A stretch of DNA of 12,776 nt, taken from a virus (Duplodnaviria > Heunggongvirae > Uroviricota > Caudoviricetes). Location of the stretch: the IMG/VR virus record IMGVR_UViG_2690316243_000002, one strand, 5' to 3'. The notes beneath the pieces were generated by a model. The model ran no database searches. It had not been told where the DNA came from and saw nothing but the letters and a program-made list of their open reading frames with translations. This document shows, piece by piece, positions 1-8,477 of the stretch (positions are counted from its first letter, which is position 1; each line of letters starts with the position of its first letter). A program made the translations under genes and the position numbers.

Positions 1-25
1 AGCCACTGGATCGGTCAACTGATCC

Positions 26-1182
26 TTAACTGATCGGCATTACACCACCGGGACGCGGATTCATATCTTCCAGGTCGCGGCAGTCATTGGAAGAGTAAAT
101 TCCCCAGTTGATCCCGGTGGCGTAGGCTTCAAAACGGGACTTCATATCCCCGCGCAGTAACGCCCCGGCGTTAAATTTGGCGTAATAAACGCCCTGCTTA
201 CTTTTTCGTACCAGTCCGGTGTTGATCCGCTGTTCGATGCGGGTCAGATACGGCACCAGTGAATAGTTGATAAATCCCAGCCCCAGCTCTTCGATATTGT
301 TGAAGGTGGCGCGATCGGTGTTCTGCACCATGTGCAACGGCACCCGGAACAGACGACAGATTTCTTCCAGCTGAAACTTGCGGGTTTCCAGGAACTGACT
401 GTCCTCGGCGTTCAGCGCCATCGACTTCCAGTCCAGCCCCATTTCCAGAATCATCGGGCGGTGAGCATTGCCAAGCCCCGTGTGACACTCCTCAAAATCT
501 TTCTTCAGACGCTCGTAAGCATCCGGCGTGAGCTTTTGTTCCGTACGCAACACACCGGATGTCACCGCACCATTACTAAACAACCTGGCACCGTGCTCCT
601 CGGTTGCCGCTGCCAGTGAAATGGCCTCACGCGCATACGCAATGGGATTCAGCCCGACAAGTCCATCCAGCGTCAGGGTGCGCACATGCCAGATTTCATT
701 CTGGGTCAACACATCCACGGAACCATCCGGAAACGTCACCTGATAAACCGGCTGCCACTGGCTGTTCAGCTTCGGTTCCACACAGCCCGGATCTATCGGA
801 AGAAGCTCCACCACTTCTCCCAGTGCCTTTACCTTGTAGGCGTAAAAATTCCCCCGTAGACACAGGCAGACAATAACCAGCTCCCAGAATTCCTGCGGTG
901 TCATGTAGCCATTAGGTTTTGCCGAAACCAACTTATGCAGTCGTTCATCCACCGCCCGTGTTTTCAGGGTACCGCTGATTTTGTAGAGACTGCAGGGCAG
1001 CATACCAACAGACTCTGCCAGCACCCTGACGCAAGAATAGACCGCCGTCAGGCGCATGGCCCGCTGGCTACTGATCCGCTTTCCGGTATAGGTGTCGTAT
1101 GACAGCCCGATAGCATCAGCAGTTCTGCTGGCGTGGTCACCGGCACATCGCTTTTTCGTTGAAATAATCCCGAAAAGAACAC
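26..1182 (-). CDS. phage portal protein (HK97 family), reading frame apparently interrupted near the 5' end
   Basis: The 415-aa ORF 26..1273 carries a portal-like block (SSQRAMRLTAVYSCVRVLAESVGMLP). The likely true start is GTG at 1182: GGAGG lies 7 nt upstream and it overlaps the TAG stop of ORF 1182..1364 (TAGTG). That frame (MFFSGLFQRKSDVPVTTPAELLML...) stops after 44 codons, while the conserved body continues in the adjacent frame. Confidence 0.8.
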
Positions 1183-1364
1183 TATTTACCTCCGCCGACA
1201 GACTGCCGTGTACGGTCGAGATATCGCGCCACCAGCCACGACCAGAACAGGCACAGCGCCCCGGCAACAACAAAACCCGCCGGGGGATAAATCAGCCAGG
1301 CACCATACGCCAGCAAAAGCGCACCCAGCACGCCCACCAGAGGCGCGAGAATCAGCATGATCAT
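1182..1364 (-). CDS. small hydrophobic (two predicted TM segments) phage protein between terminase and portal
   Basis: 60-aa [52 protein letters not shown]... with GAGG 5 nt upstream of the ATG; it sits between the terminase stop (1376) and the portal start, in the same orientation. Confidence 0.55.
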   Translation of the reverse strand: MIMLILAPLVGVLGALLLAYGAWLIYPPAGFVVAGALCLFWSWLVARYLDRTRQSVGGGK

Positions 1365-1375
1365 AATTACCTCAG

Positions 1376-3109
1376 TTAAAGCGAGCGGATCCCGTAGGAC
1401 TCAATGTGGTCAGACAGCGTGTCTTCTTTCTCGTACAGCATGGCTCTGCCAACCGCCATAATCAGCGCAACTGCACCATCGATTTTGTTTTCCGCCTGCT
1501 CTTTGACGGGTTTCACCACATCATCGTTACCCGGCATGTTTTTGCCGACCACGTTGCCGATACACCAGGTCATAATGGGATTGCCGTCATGATGAAAACG
1601 TCCCGATTCAATCGCTGCTTCCAGCTCTTTCATCGGATCGGACATATTGGTGAAGTTCTGGACGATAGTGACGGGATTCAGGTCTTCATCAGCAAGGTCA
1701 TGTGACAACCCGGTCGCCCCGAAGGGGTCGATGGGTGACTCACTGACCGGGCTGATTTTGTTCGCCGCTTTGGCCTCCTCGAGGATGTAGCGATAATCCA
1801 CCTCCGCACCATCGGTAACGGTCAGAACGCCCATTTCCACCCATTTCTGAAAGCGTTCGGCTGTCCGTCGATCTTCATTTTTCTCGACGCTGTACACCGT
1901 GTCATACGGTACCCAGAAACGCGGGGCCACACTGTAGTAATGCGTTTTACCGTCAATCTCGCGGGTATAAAGTCGCGCCATGCTGTTCATATCCAGCTTA
2001 CGCGCCAGGTCAAAGGCCAGAATGCACGGCTGCCCCTCGAACTGCTCAAGGGTCAGTGATTTATCCTCGCAGCTCTGCCAGCTCACCAGGTTGAAATACG
2101 CCGAACGCGCCGACACCCAGATATTGAGGTGTTTTGTTTTAAAGACGTTTGCCAGACGGGCGTTATTTTTCGCACGCTGCTGCTGACTTAACAAAAATTC
2201 GCGATAAACCGACACGCCAATATTTGGATTGGCTTTTTCCAGCACCTGCGGGCCGGTCCAGTCGTCACCTTCATCAACGGTATAGATGATCCCGAACAGT
2301 TCATCGTTAGGCACCGAGCCGTTGAGCATCTCGATGACTTCCCGCCGCTTGTCGTAGCACGGCCCCTCAATGTTGTACCCGGCGGTGGTGATGGCCCACA
2401 TCAGTGGCTGACGTCGCGCCCCCATCCCGGTAAGCATTGTGGTATAAAGCGCATCGGTGGCATGCTCGTGATATTCATCAACCACGGCACAGTGGGGTGA
2501 TGAACCATCACCTGGGTTGCCGATCAGCGGTTCAAACCGCGCGCCATCCTCCGGACGGTTCATGTTTGAGGCGTTAACCTCAATCCCGAACGCTTCCGTC
2601 AGCATGGGTGTGCGTTTACACATCAGTCGCGCCGGGCGAAAGACTTCCCACGCCTGTTTCTCTGTCGTGGCACCGGAATACACTTCCGCGCCAAACTCGT
2701 TATCACAGGCAAAACAATACAGGGCAACACCGGCAGAGATTGCTGATTTGCCGTTCTTACGGGGGATTTCGGTGTACACCTCCCGGAAGCGGCGCAACCG
2801 GGTGCCTTTATTGACCCAGCCAAACGCACAGCAGATCACAAATAGCTGCCACGGCTCCAGCGTGATGGGCATCCGTTTGAATGCCCACTCCCCCTTGGTG
2901 TGCGGCAACAGCTGAATAAATTTCGCGGCCCGTTCAGCCAGGTCCTTGTCGAAGCGGTAACGAAACGACTTACTTTTTTCCGCCATCAGGTCATCAAGAT
3001 GGCGCTGGCAGGCCTGAATCACAAACTGGCAGGCAACAATCTTTCCGCGCACGACATCCCGGGCATACTGATTTGCAGCATTTACGTTGGGGTAAGATTT
3101 CCGGCTCAT
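1376..3109 (-). CDS. terminase large subunit (TerL)
   Basis: 577-aa ORF with a Walker A-like motif ([10 protein letters not shown]) followed by a nuclease-type C-terminal half; its ATG overlaps the stop of the upstream small-subunit gene (ATGA at 3106-3109). Confidence 0.93.
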   Translation of the reverse strand: MSRKSYPNVNAANQYARDVVRGKIVACQFVIQACQRHLDDLMAEKSKSFRYRFDKDLAERAAKFIQLLPHTKGEWAFKRMPITLEPWQLFVICCAFGWVNKGTRLRRFREVYTEIPRKNGKSAISAGVALYCFACDNEFGAEVYSGATTEKQAWEVFRPARLMCKRTPMLTEAFGIEVNASNMNRPEDGARFEPLIGNPGDGSSPHCAVVDEYHEHATDALYTTMLTGMGARRQPLMWAITTAGYNIEGPCYDKRREVIEMLNGSVPNDELFGIIYTVDEGDDWTGPQVLEKANPNIGVSVYREFLLSQQQRAKNNARLANVFKTKHLNIWVSARSAYFNLVSWQSCEDKSLTLEQFEGQPCILAFDLARKLDMNSMARLYTREIDGKTHYYSVAPRFWVPYDTVYSVEKNEDRRTAERFQKWVEMGVLTVTDGAEVDYRYILEEAKAANKISPVSESPIDPFGATGLSHDLADEDLNPVTIVQNFTNMSDPMKELEAAIESGRFHHDGNPIMTWCIGNVVGKNMPGNDDVVKPVKEQAENKIDGAVALIMAVGRAMLYEKEDTLSDHIESYGIRSL

Positions 3110-3600
3110 GATTCGATAATTTTCAGAAACGGGTTAGTGGCTTTCTTCTGCCCCGCCAGGCCAATCAGACGCTGGCGGCTGCTGGGGTCGAGTCCGAGCA
3201 TTGCCCCCGTGCTGCTCATCTCGGACTCCTGTTCTTTTTTGGCGGTCAGCTCCGGATTTTTGACCCTGCCGCCCATTGCACCGGTGATGGTGTTGCCCTG
3301 TATGGCAATATTTTTCACGGCACGTCGCCAGAACTCATAGGCCACGCACCACCGCTCAAGTACCGCTAGGTCAGTCACGCACAGCAGGCCCTGACCGCAG
3401 AGTTCTTTGGTTGTCAGTTGCCACATGATCGTGGCGAGAGGGAGATCTTCTTCAGCGAACCACTCTGGTGGCTCAACACCTTTGATGGGCGTAAAAACAG
3501 GTTCATCTTTGTTCAGGGCTCGCTTGCCGGGGTTTCCGGCCAGCGCCTTGCGCGCCGTTGGCTTGGGGCGACGCCCGGAACGCCCCGCCGTTCCAGCCAT
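3106..3600 (-). CDS. terminase small subunit (P27-like)
   Basis: ORF 3106..3609; the preferred start is ATG at 3600 ([18 protein letters not shown]...) with AGGAG 8 nt upstream. Basic N-terminus, position immediately upstream of TerL and downstream of the HNH gene. Confidence 0.85.
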   Translation of the reverse strand: MAGTAGRSGRRPKPTARKALAGNPGKRALNKDEPVFTPIKGVEPPEWFAEEDLPLATIMWQLTTKELCGQGLLCVTDLAVLERWCVAYEFWRRAVKNIAIQGNTITGAMGGRVKNPELTAKKEQESEMSSTGAMLGLDPSSRQRLIGLAGQKKATNPFLKIIES

Positions 3601-3650
3601 ATGCGGCACTCCTGGTTAAATTTCATTTTTCGCGGGTATAAAAAAACGAT

Positions 3651-3699
3651 GGGGCGGGCAGTCCGGAAGACGTCAGGTCACAGGGATTTGCCCCGCCCC
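3651..3699. other. GC-rich inverted repeat, candidate cos / packaging-site region
   Basis: ggggcggg (3651-3658) and cccgcccc (3692-3699) flank a 33-bp spacer in the HNH-terS intergenic region; an A-run at 3640-3647 gives a T-run on the minus strand. HK97-like cos phages place cos between HNH and terS. Confidence 0.3.
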
Positions 3700-3721
3700 T
3701 CCCTACAAGTGAGAATAATTA

Positions 3722-4072
3722 TCACCGGATTCGTTCGCGCGCTGTTTTCGCTTTATGGCAGGGCCAGCACAGACTCTGCAGGTTGCTGTCTGCGTCTGTT
3801 CCGCCATGCGCTTTCGGGATGATGTGGTCGACGGTTTTCGCCTCGCTCACCACACCGACACGCAGACACAACTGACACAGACCTTTATCGCGCTTCAGAA
3901 TACGGGCACGAATCACCGTCCATTTTGAGCCATAGCCACGCTGGTGGCGGCTCAGTCCGCGCTGGTGCTGCACCCAGCCTTCACCGCGATGTTTATCGCA
4001 GTAACCCGAACTGTCTGTGGTTGTACCTGCACATCCACGCTTACGGCAGGCACGTGGGATTAGTGATGGCAT
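3722..4072 (-). CDS. HNH endonuclease (terminase-associated)
   Basis: 116-aa ORF with Cys pairs and an HNH-like core (...DHIIPKAHGGTDADSNLQSLCWPCHKAKT...); located just upstream of the terminase genes as in HK97-like cos phages. Confidence 0.88.
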   Translation of the reverse strand: MPSLIPRACRKRGCAGTTTDSSGYCDKHRGEGWVQHQRGLSRHQRGYGSKWTVIRARILKRDKGLCQLCLRVGVVSEAKTVDHIIPKAHGGTDADSNLQSLCWPCHKAKTARERIR

Positions 4073-4114
4073 AAATACCTCATACCCTGCGAAATGTTTA
4101 CCACGATAAAAAGG

Positions 4115-4564
4115 CTACTTAATGCACTGAGTGCGGATATACTCCTGTGCCCCTTCCAGTTGCATCTGCATCGTCATCAGCCGCTCTCTGAGGGTGAAAT
4201 AATCCCGTTCAGCGGTGTCTGCCAGTCGGGGGCTGGTTGCATTATCCACGCCGGAGGCGGTGGTGGCTTCACGCACTGACTGACAGACTGCTTTGATGTG
4301 CAACCGACGACGACCAGCGGCAACATCAGCGCGCAGAGTTTCATTTTCAGCTTTCGCATCAGCTAACTCCTTCGTGTATTTAGCATCGAGTGCATNCTGC
4401 TGCATGTCAGTAATGGTTGCGTTCGCCAGCTTCAGTTCTCTTGCGTTTTTGTCGCGCTGCTCTTTGTAGGTAATGGCGTTATCACGGTAATGATTAACAG
4501 CCCATGACAGGCGGACGATGATGCAGATAACCAGAGCGGAGATAATCGCGGTGACTCTGCTCAT
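4115..4564 (-). CDS. Rz: i-spanin Rz
   Basis: Near-colinear with lambda Rz as recalled ([17 protein letters not shown]..., [15 protein letters not shown]..., [28 protein letters not shown]...); the ATG at 4564 overlaps the R stop (ATGA). One N at 4396. Confidence 0.9.
   Translation of the reverse strand: MSRVTAIISALVICIIVRLSWAVNHYRDNAITYKEQRDKNARELKLANATITDMQQXALDAKYTKELADAKAENETLRADVAAGRRRLHIKAVCQSVREATTASGVDNATSPRLADTAERDYFTLRERLMTMQMQLEGAQEYIRTQCIK
4177..4359 (-). CDS. Rz1: o-spanin Rz1 lipoprotein, nested in the +1 frame of Rz
   Basis: 60-aa [27 protein letters not shown]... with a lipobox (VVGC) and a proline run (PPPPP); fully embedded within Rz as in lambda. Confidence 0.85.
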   Translation of the reverse strand: MRKLKMKLCALMLPLVVVGCTSKQSVSQCVKPPPPPAWIMQPAPDWQTPLNGIISPSESG

Positions 4565-5058
4565 TGCTGCCCCCACAAACAGACTTCACGCTCAATCTCA
4601 CGACGGGTCATCAGCCCTTTCCATTGCTTACCGCCAGCATATGTCCAGCGACGTAGCTGGTCACATGCGCCTTTGATATAGCCCTGGTTTATTTTGCGAA
4701 GAAGCGTCGATGTTCTGAAATTGCCAGCGCCCACGTTGTAAACGAACGAGTAAAGAGCGCCGCGCGTTGTTTCCGGTATATCGACTTTGATGTACGGGTT
4801 AATTTGTCTGGCGACAGTGGCAAGGTCTTTATTCAGGAGAGCTTTGCATTCTGCTTCGGTATACGTTTTACCAGGCATGATGTCTTTTCCGGTGTGTCCG
4901 TGACATACAGTCCATACACCAATGATATCTTTGTATGGTATGTAGCTGACACCTTCCAGACCATCGTTACCACCTGGGCCAGTGATTAACACAGATGCTA
5001 TAGCAACAGCCCCGCCACCAATAGCAACTGCAACAGCCTTGCGTAATGATGGCGACAT
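4561..5058 (-). CDS. R: SAR endolysin (phage-21 R-type lysozyme)
   Basis: 165-aa ORF with an N-terminal Gly/Ala-rich signal-anchor-release segment ([23 protein letters not shown]) followed by a lysozyme-like domain ([25 protein letters not shown]); its start overlaps the holin stop (TAATG at 5056-5060). Confidence 0.92.
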   Translation of the reverse strand: MSPSLRKAVAVAIGGGAVAIASVLITGPGGNDGLEGVSYIPYKDIIGVWTVCHGHTGKDIMPGKTYTEAECKALLNKDLATVARQINPYIKVDIPETTRGALYSFVYNVGAGNFRTSTLLRKINQGYIKGACDQLRRWTYAGGKQWKGLMTRREIEREVCLWGQQ

Positions 5059-5269
5059 TATTCACCTCTCGCAGCCTTACNNNNNNNNNNNNNNNNNNNN
5101 NNNNNNNNGTCAGATAAGTCAGAAGCCCCAGAAGCAGACTTCCCAGCACACCAATCGCAGCCCACTGTGATGGACTGACCTGATCCAACCACTGCAAAAA
5201 CCAGTAGCCGGCACTGCCGGCGGAGGTGCCGTAGGCAATGCCCGTTGAAATTTTGTCCATGGATTTCAT
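5058..5269 (-). CDS. S: pinholin S (S21-type), interrupted by an assembly gap
   Basis: N-terminus [45 protein letters not shown]... with the dual-start motif (M-K-S-M) and GGAGGTGAGG upstream. The C-terminal ...KAARGE plus TAA (5058-5060) is in a different phase because of the 28-N run, so the true length is unknown. Confidence 0.8.
5081..5108. other. assembly gap (28 N)
   Basis: Run of n characters in the sequence; it breaks the holin reading frame. Confidence 0.99.
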
Positions 5270-5413
5270 AGCCTCACCTCCGCAAATAACGGATGGCGTA
5301 GTTTTACACTGAGAAATGAAAGGGATTTGAAAAGAAAAAAACGCAAAAGCGGGCGAAACGATATATACAGTAAGGAAAGCACTGAGGNNCCCCCCGACAG
5401 ACCTGTGCTATCG

Positions 5414-5449
5414 GAAAGAAAAAAGGCCATCAGCAAAACTCTGATGGCC
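5414..5449 (-). terminator. intrinsic terminator (minus strand) upstream of the lysis cassette
   Basis: Perfect 9-bp stem ggccatcag / ctgatggcc (5425-5449) with a 7-nt loop; the plus-strand A-run at 5414-5424 gives a T-run on the minus strand. Confidence 0.55.
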
Positions 5450-5559
5450 TGAATCACCTTTACCAATATTGTATGAAAAAACACGCACGACTAATTGACA
5501 ATAATTTTCATTTCCATTAAAAAAGATCGCGTAGCATTCTTAATTCATGAGGAACTTTA

Positions 5560-5624
5560 CCCGCCAGCAATCTGAGTAGCGAAAGCTGTTCATCCCCAAT
5601 GTTTTTGCTGGCGGGTCCTTTTTT
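5560..5624 (+). terminator. plus-strand structured element / terminator-like hairpin
   Basis: Perfect 11-bp inverted repeat cccgccagcaa (5560-5570) / ttgctggcggg (5605-5615) enclosing a 34-nt loop that contains agc-GAAA-gct, followed by tcc and six T (5619-5624) on the plus strand only. Confidence 0.35.
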
Positions 5625-6063
5625 CTACGGTCCTCCTCCCCGGAGGGGGGCATTTCATTATTTTTCTAATCGTTACTGGTGAGAAGGCGGAAGAAAAAGC
5701 CAGTTCTTCGCCCCTAAATAACAGCATGATTCCAGTCCATGCAAAATCTGATTTCCAGCTCACACATACCGAGCACTGTACAAAAAACCGCCAGCCAAGG
5801 CAGTTAAGAGTGTGTTCCCGGGGTTTGCTTAGAATATTTTGTAAGTTGTCCGAAGAGATATTTACAACACCAGAATGATGAATCATCAGTCCCCTGCCAG
5901 AGGTTCACTACGTAACCTGACCGACAATGCACCATTCTGGTGCTGAAAAAAGAGCACTGGAACTGCAACAAAACAACATCACAGAACAGGAGATGGTAAG
6001 GAGTCAGACATTCCCACACAATATTGTGTCAGTGCAAATAACAACCTTCGTCTCAAATCTCGC

Positions 6064-6138
<75 letters not shown>

Positions 6139-6141
6139 ATA

Positions 6142-6217
<76 letters not shown>

Positions 6218-6219
6218 GC

Positions 6220-6296
6220 TGGCCCACCACCGAGGACTCGAACCTCGCACCGTCAACTTAGAAGGTTGATGCTCTATCCGGATGAGCTAGTGGTGG
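6220..6296 (-). tRNA. tRNA-Arg (anticodon UCU)
   Basis: Reverse complement reads CCACCACTAGCTCATCCGGATAGAGCATCAACCTTCTAAGTTGACGGTGCGAGGTTCGAGTCCTCGGTGGTGGGCCA: anticodon stem TCAAC/GTTGA, loop CTTCTAA, T-loop TTCGAGT; unusual C1-G72 acceptor pair. Confidence 0.8.
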
Positions 6297-6297
6297 T

Positions 6298-6374
6298 TGG
6301 TGGCCCTTGCTGGACTTGAACCAGCGACCTGGCGATTATGAGTCGCTCGCTCTGACCAACTGAGCTAAAGGGCC
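6298..6374 (-). tRNA. tRNA-Ile2 (anticodon CAU, probable lysidine tRNA; Met not excluded)
   Basis: Reverse complement reads GGCCCTTTAGCTCAGTTGGTCAGAGCGAGCGACTCATAATCGCCAGGTCGCTGGTTCAAGTCCAGCAAGGGCCACCA: loop CTCATAA; the acceptor stem (C4, C5) and T-arm resemble host ileX rather than elongator tRNA-Met. Confidence 0.75.
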
Positions 6375-6383
6375 GGAGGCAGA

Positions 6384-6412
6384 ATAATAACCATATGTCA
6401 TCACATCTGCAA
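6384..6412 (-). promoter_or_regulatory. candidate sigma70 promoter of the tRNA array
   Basis: Minus strand: TTGCAG (6412..6407), 17-nt spacer, TATTAT (6389..6384); the predicted start falls a few nt upstream of tRNA-Ile position 1 (6374). Confidence 0.45.
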
Positions 6413-6460
6413 ACTCATCTGACCACCAGCACGTTTAACGTCCTGTGCCGTTTTTCAGGT

Positions 6461-6484
6461 ATAAAAAAACCCGCATAAAGCGGG
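6461..6484 (-). terminator. intrinsic terminator downstream of the second Q-like gene
   Basis: Minus strand GAGCCCGC-TTTAT-GCGGG followed by TTTTTTTATACC (plus cccgc 6470-6474, gcggg 6480-6484, A-run 6463-6469). Confidence 0.6.
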
Positions 6485-6563
6485 CTCTTTCAAATGTCCA
6501 TGTCTGCTATTCGCCTCGCGGTACAGCTTTGCGAAGCGTACAAGAATTGAAGCAGTTTTTACG

Positions 6564-7118
6564 TCAAAAAGCAATAACTTTTTTCTCTATACCAAAAGCC
6601 ATAACCATTGGTTTGTACAAAATAAATTCTGCCACCTTTAGCCAATGCTCAATGCGTCTTTCACAGGTTCTTAAACTCCATTTCGGGTGTGCATCATTCA
6701 GCAGTTCAGCCATTTTGCGTTTGGTCATCCCCCGCCCCTCATACCGTTGCCGAAGGACGCTAATCAATCCTGGATGCTCTGCCAGCACCTCACTTATGAC
6801 CCGATCAATACATAACGCCTCTGCATCAGTACAATGCGCCAGCCAGCTCTTTTGCTTACCGTTAATCATATCCCGCAAAAAAGCCTCAAGTTCAGACTTG
6901 TTCAGACCTGCTTTTTTCATCCTCCGGAGCGCCTCGTTAATTGCCGTTTTTGTCAGCTTTTTAGAGGTCAACATCAGGTTAAACATATTCCCCGTCTTAC
7001 CGCCACCAATATACGACCAGCGCCCCCACATACGTAGTTTTCCCTGAATCCAGACACTTTCCAGCGTGGTGAGACGAAGGTGTTCTCCGCTTTTTCCTGT
7101 ATTCGTTGGGTAAATCAT
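6564..7118 (-). CDS. putative late-gene antiterminator, Q-like (second, longer type)
   Basis: ORF 6564..7238; the preferred start is ATG at 7118 (MIYPTNTGKSGEHLRL...) with AGGAGG 7 nt upstream, overlapping the stop of the upstream ORF (ATGA). It shares a W-G-x-W motif (LRMWGRWS) with the QuuD-like protein (ERWGAWA) and sits directly upstream of a terminator, the tRNA array and the lysis genes. Family assignment is uncertain. Confidence 0.5.
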   Translation of the reverse strand: MIYPTNTGKSGEHLRLTTLESVWIQGKLRMWGRWSYIGGGKTGNMFNLMLTSKKLTKTAINEALRRMKKAGLNKSELEAFLRDMINGKQKSWLAHCTDAEALCIDRVISEVLAEHPGLISVLRQRYEGRGMTKRKMAELLNDAHPKWSLRTCERRIEHWLKVAEFILYKPMVMAFGIEKKVIAF

Positions 7119-7372
7119 AAATATCCCTCCTTTCTCCAGATTTCTTGTGTGCGAAAAACACCTTCTGCATGCATCAGGCGTAATTCTTCTTTGGTGTAAT
7201 CGCTGGTTTTTACCCGCCCGTCGATTAAATCGTGGCACGAGCTACAGGCAATCGCTGCCTGCATATCGTGTGGCTTTATCGCTGTTCCGCACGTTCCCGC
7301 CAGTCGGTAATGCGCCAGCACAGACGTTTCCGGATCGTGATTGCAGTAGCCAGGAATTCTGACGGTGCACAT
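7115..7372 (-). CDS. DUF1364 / YbcO-like Cys-rich protein, probably N-terminally truncated
   Basis: 85-aa ORF MCTVRIPGYCNHDPETSVLAHYRLAG...ACSSCHDLIDGRVK...; DUF1364-like motifs as recalled. An in-frame TGA lies at ~7402 with no upstream start, and the IS fragment abuts the 5' side. Confidence 0.55.
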   Translation of the reverse strand: MCTVRIPGYCNHDPETSVLAHYRLAGTCGTAIKPHDMQAAIACSSCHDLIDGRVKTSDYTKEELRLMHAEGVFRTQEIWRKEGYL

Positions 7373-7392
7373 CTGCCCCCGNTGAAAATCAA

Positions 7393-7623
7393 CTTTCGAT
7401 CAGTGAAGGCGCTTCCCGATTATCTCTTCCTGAAGGCACTTTAGGACAATGGGTTACCGCCGCCAGAAAAGGGCTCGGTACTCCTGGTTCCCGCACGGTG
7501 GCTGAACTGGAATCTGAAATTCTGCAACTGCGTAAGGCGTTAAATGAAGCTCGCCTTGAGCGAGATATATTAAAAAAAGCAACAGCGTATTTTGCACAGG
7601 AGTCGCTGAAAAATACGCGTTAA
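7393..7623 (+). pseudogene. IS3-family transposase OrfA, C-terminal fragment
   Basis: The frame is open from the truncation point to TAA at 7621-7623 and has no N-terminal start; it contains a helix-turn-helix remnant and a leucine-zipper-like segment. Confidence 0.6.
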
Positions 7624-7658
7624 TCGAACAATGGCGACAACAATTTCCCATTGAAGCG

Positions 7659-8477
7659 ATGTGTCAGGTATTTGGTGTATCCAGGAGCGGTTATTACAAC
7701 TGGGTACAGCATGAACCCTCAGACAGAAAACAAAGTGATGAGCGGCTAAAACTGGAGATTAAGGTGGCACATATCCGCACTCGCGAAACATATGGAACCC
7801 GGCGGCTCCAGACGGAGCTGGCAGAGAATGGCATCATCGTTGGTCGTGACCGACTGGCACGTCTTCGTAAGGAGCTAAGGCTACGCTGTAAGCAGAAACG
7901 CAAGTTCAGAGCGACTACGAACTCGAACCACAATCTGCCAGTTGCGCCAAATCTGCTGAACCAGACGTTCGCTCCTACAGCACCAAATCAGGTCTGGGTG
8001 GCGGACCTGACGTATGTTGCCACACAGGAGGGATGGTTGTACCTCGCTGGCATCAAAGATGTTTATACGTGCGAAATTGTCGGCTACGCCATGGGAGAGC
8101 GCATGACAAAAGAGCTGACAGGTAAAGCCCTGTTTATGGCGCTCAGGAGCCAGCGCCCACCTGCCGGGCTAATCCACCACTCTGATCGAGGTTCACAGTA
8201 CTGCGCATACGATTACCGGGTCATACAGGAGCAGTCTGGTCTGAAAACATCAATGTCGCGTAAAGGTAACTGTTACGACAACGCTCCGATGGAAAGCTTC
8301 TGGGGAACGCTGAAAAATGAGAGCCTGAGCCACTATCGTTTTAATAACCGGGATGAAGCCATCTCAGTAATACGGGAATACATTGAGATTTTCTACAATC
8401 GTCAGCGTCGTCACTCTCGTCTGGGGAATATCTCCCCGGCAGCCTTCAGGGAAAAATATCATCAGATGGCTGCTTAA
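7659..8477 (+). CDS. IS3-family transposase OrfB (DDE catalytic domain)
   Basis: 272-aa ORF with VWVADLTYV, HHSDRGSQY and YDNAPMESFW motifs (D, D, E); naturally expressed as an OrfAB fusion by -1 frameshifting at the A-run near 7572-7579. Confidence 0.9.
   Translation: MCQVFGVSRSGYYNWVQHEPSDRKQSDERLKLEIKVAHIRTRETYGTRRLQTELAENGIIVGRDRLARLRKELRLRCKQKRKFRATTNSNHNLPVAPNLLNQTFAPTAPNQVWVADLTYVATQEGWLYLAGIKDVYTCEIVGYAMGERMTKELTGKALFMALRSQRPPAGLIHHSDRGSQYCAYDYRVIQEQSGLKTSMSRKGNCYDNAPMESFWGTLKNESLSHYRFNNRDEAISVIREYIEIFYNRQRRHSRLGNISPAAFREKYHQMAA

Noticed and set aside
1183-1273. ATG at 1273 as the portal start (N-terminal 30 residues of the 415-aa ORF)
   Set aside because: This extension overlaps the well-supported small membrane ORF 1182..1364 in another frame and reads as W/C/R-rich non-protein-like sequence; the GTG at 1182 with a GGAGG site is the better start.
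1980-3340. Plus-strand ORFs of 60-146 aa inside the terminase genes
   Set aside because: All are antisense to the strongly supported TerL/TerS reading frames and have compositionally biased translations.
5266-5484. 72-aa minus-strand ORF upstream of the holin
   Set aside because: Runs through Ns (5388-5389) and the holin ribosome-binding region, with a low-complexity F/L-rich translation.
5590-6019. Minus-strand ORFs of 98 and 71 aa in the tRNA-holin spacer
   Set aside because: W/C-rich, no good ribosome-binding site, no recognisable motifs; the region is treated as non-coding.
6490-6640. A clear pR' promoter directly downstream of Q2
   Set aside because: TTGACG overlapping the Q2 stop has no acceptable -10 at 16-18 bp; the only alternative is a weak extended -10-like TGGTATAGA within the gene, so no promoter feature is called here.
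6445-7047. 200-aa plus-strand ORF antisense to the Q2 gene
   Set aside because: Low-complexity S/L/R-rich translation, no ribosome-binding site, entirely antisense to a better-supported minus-strand gene.
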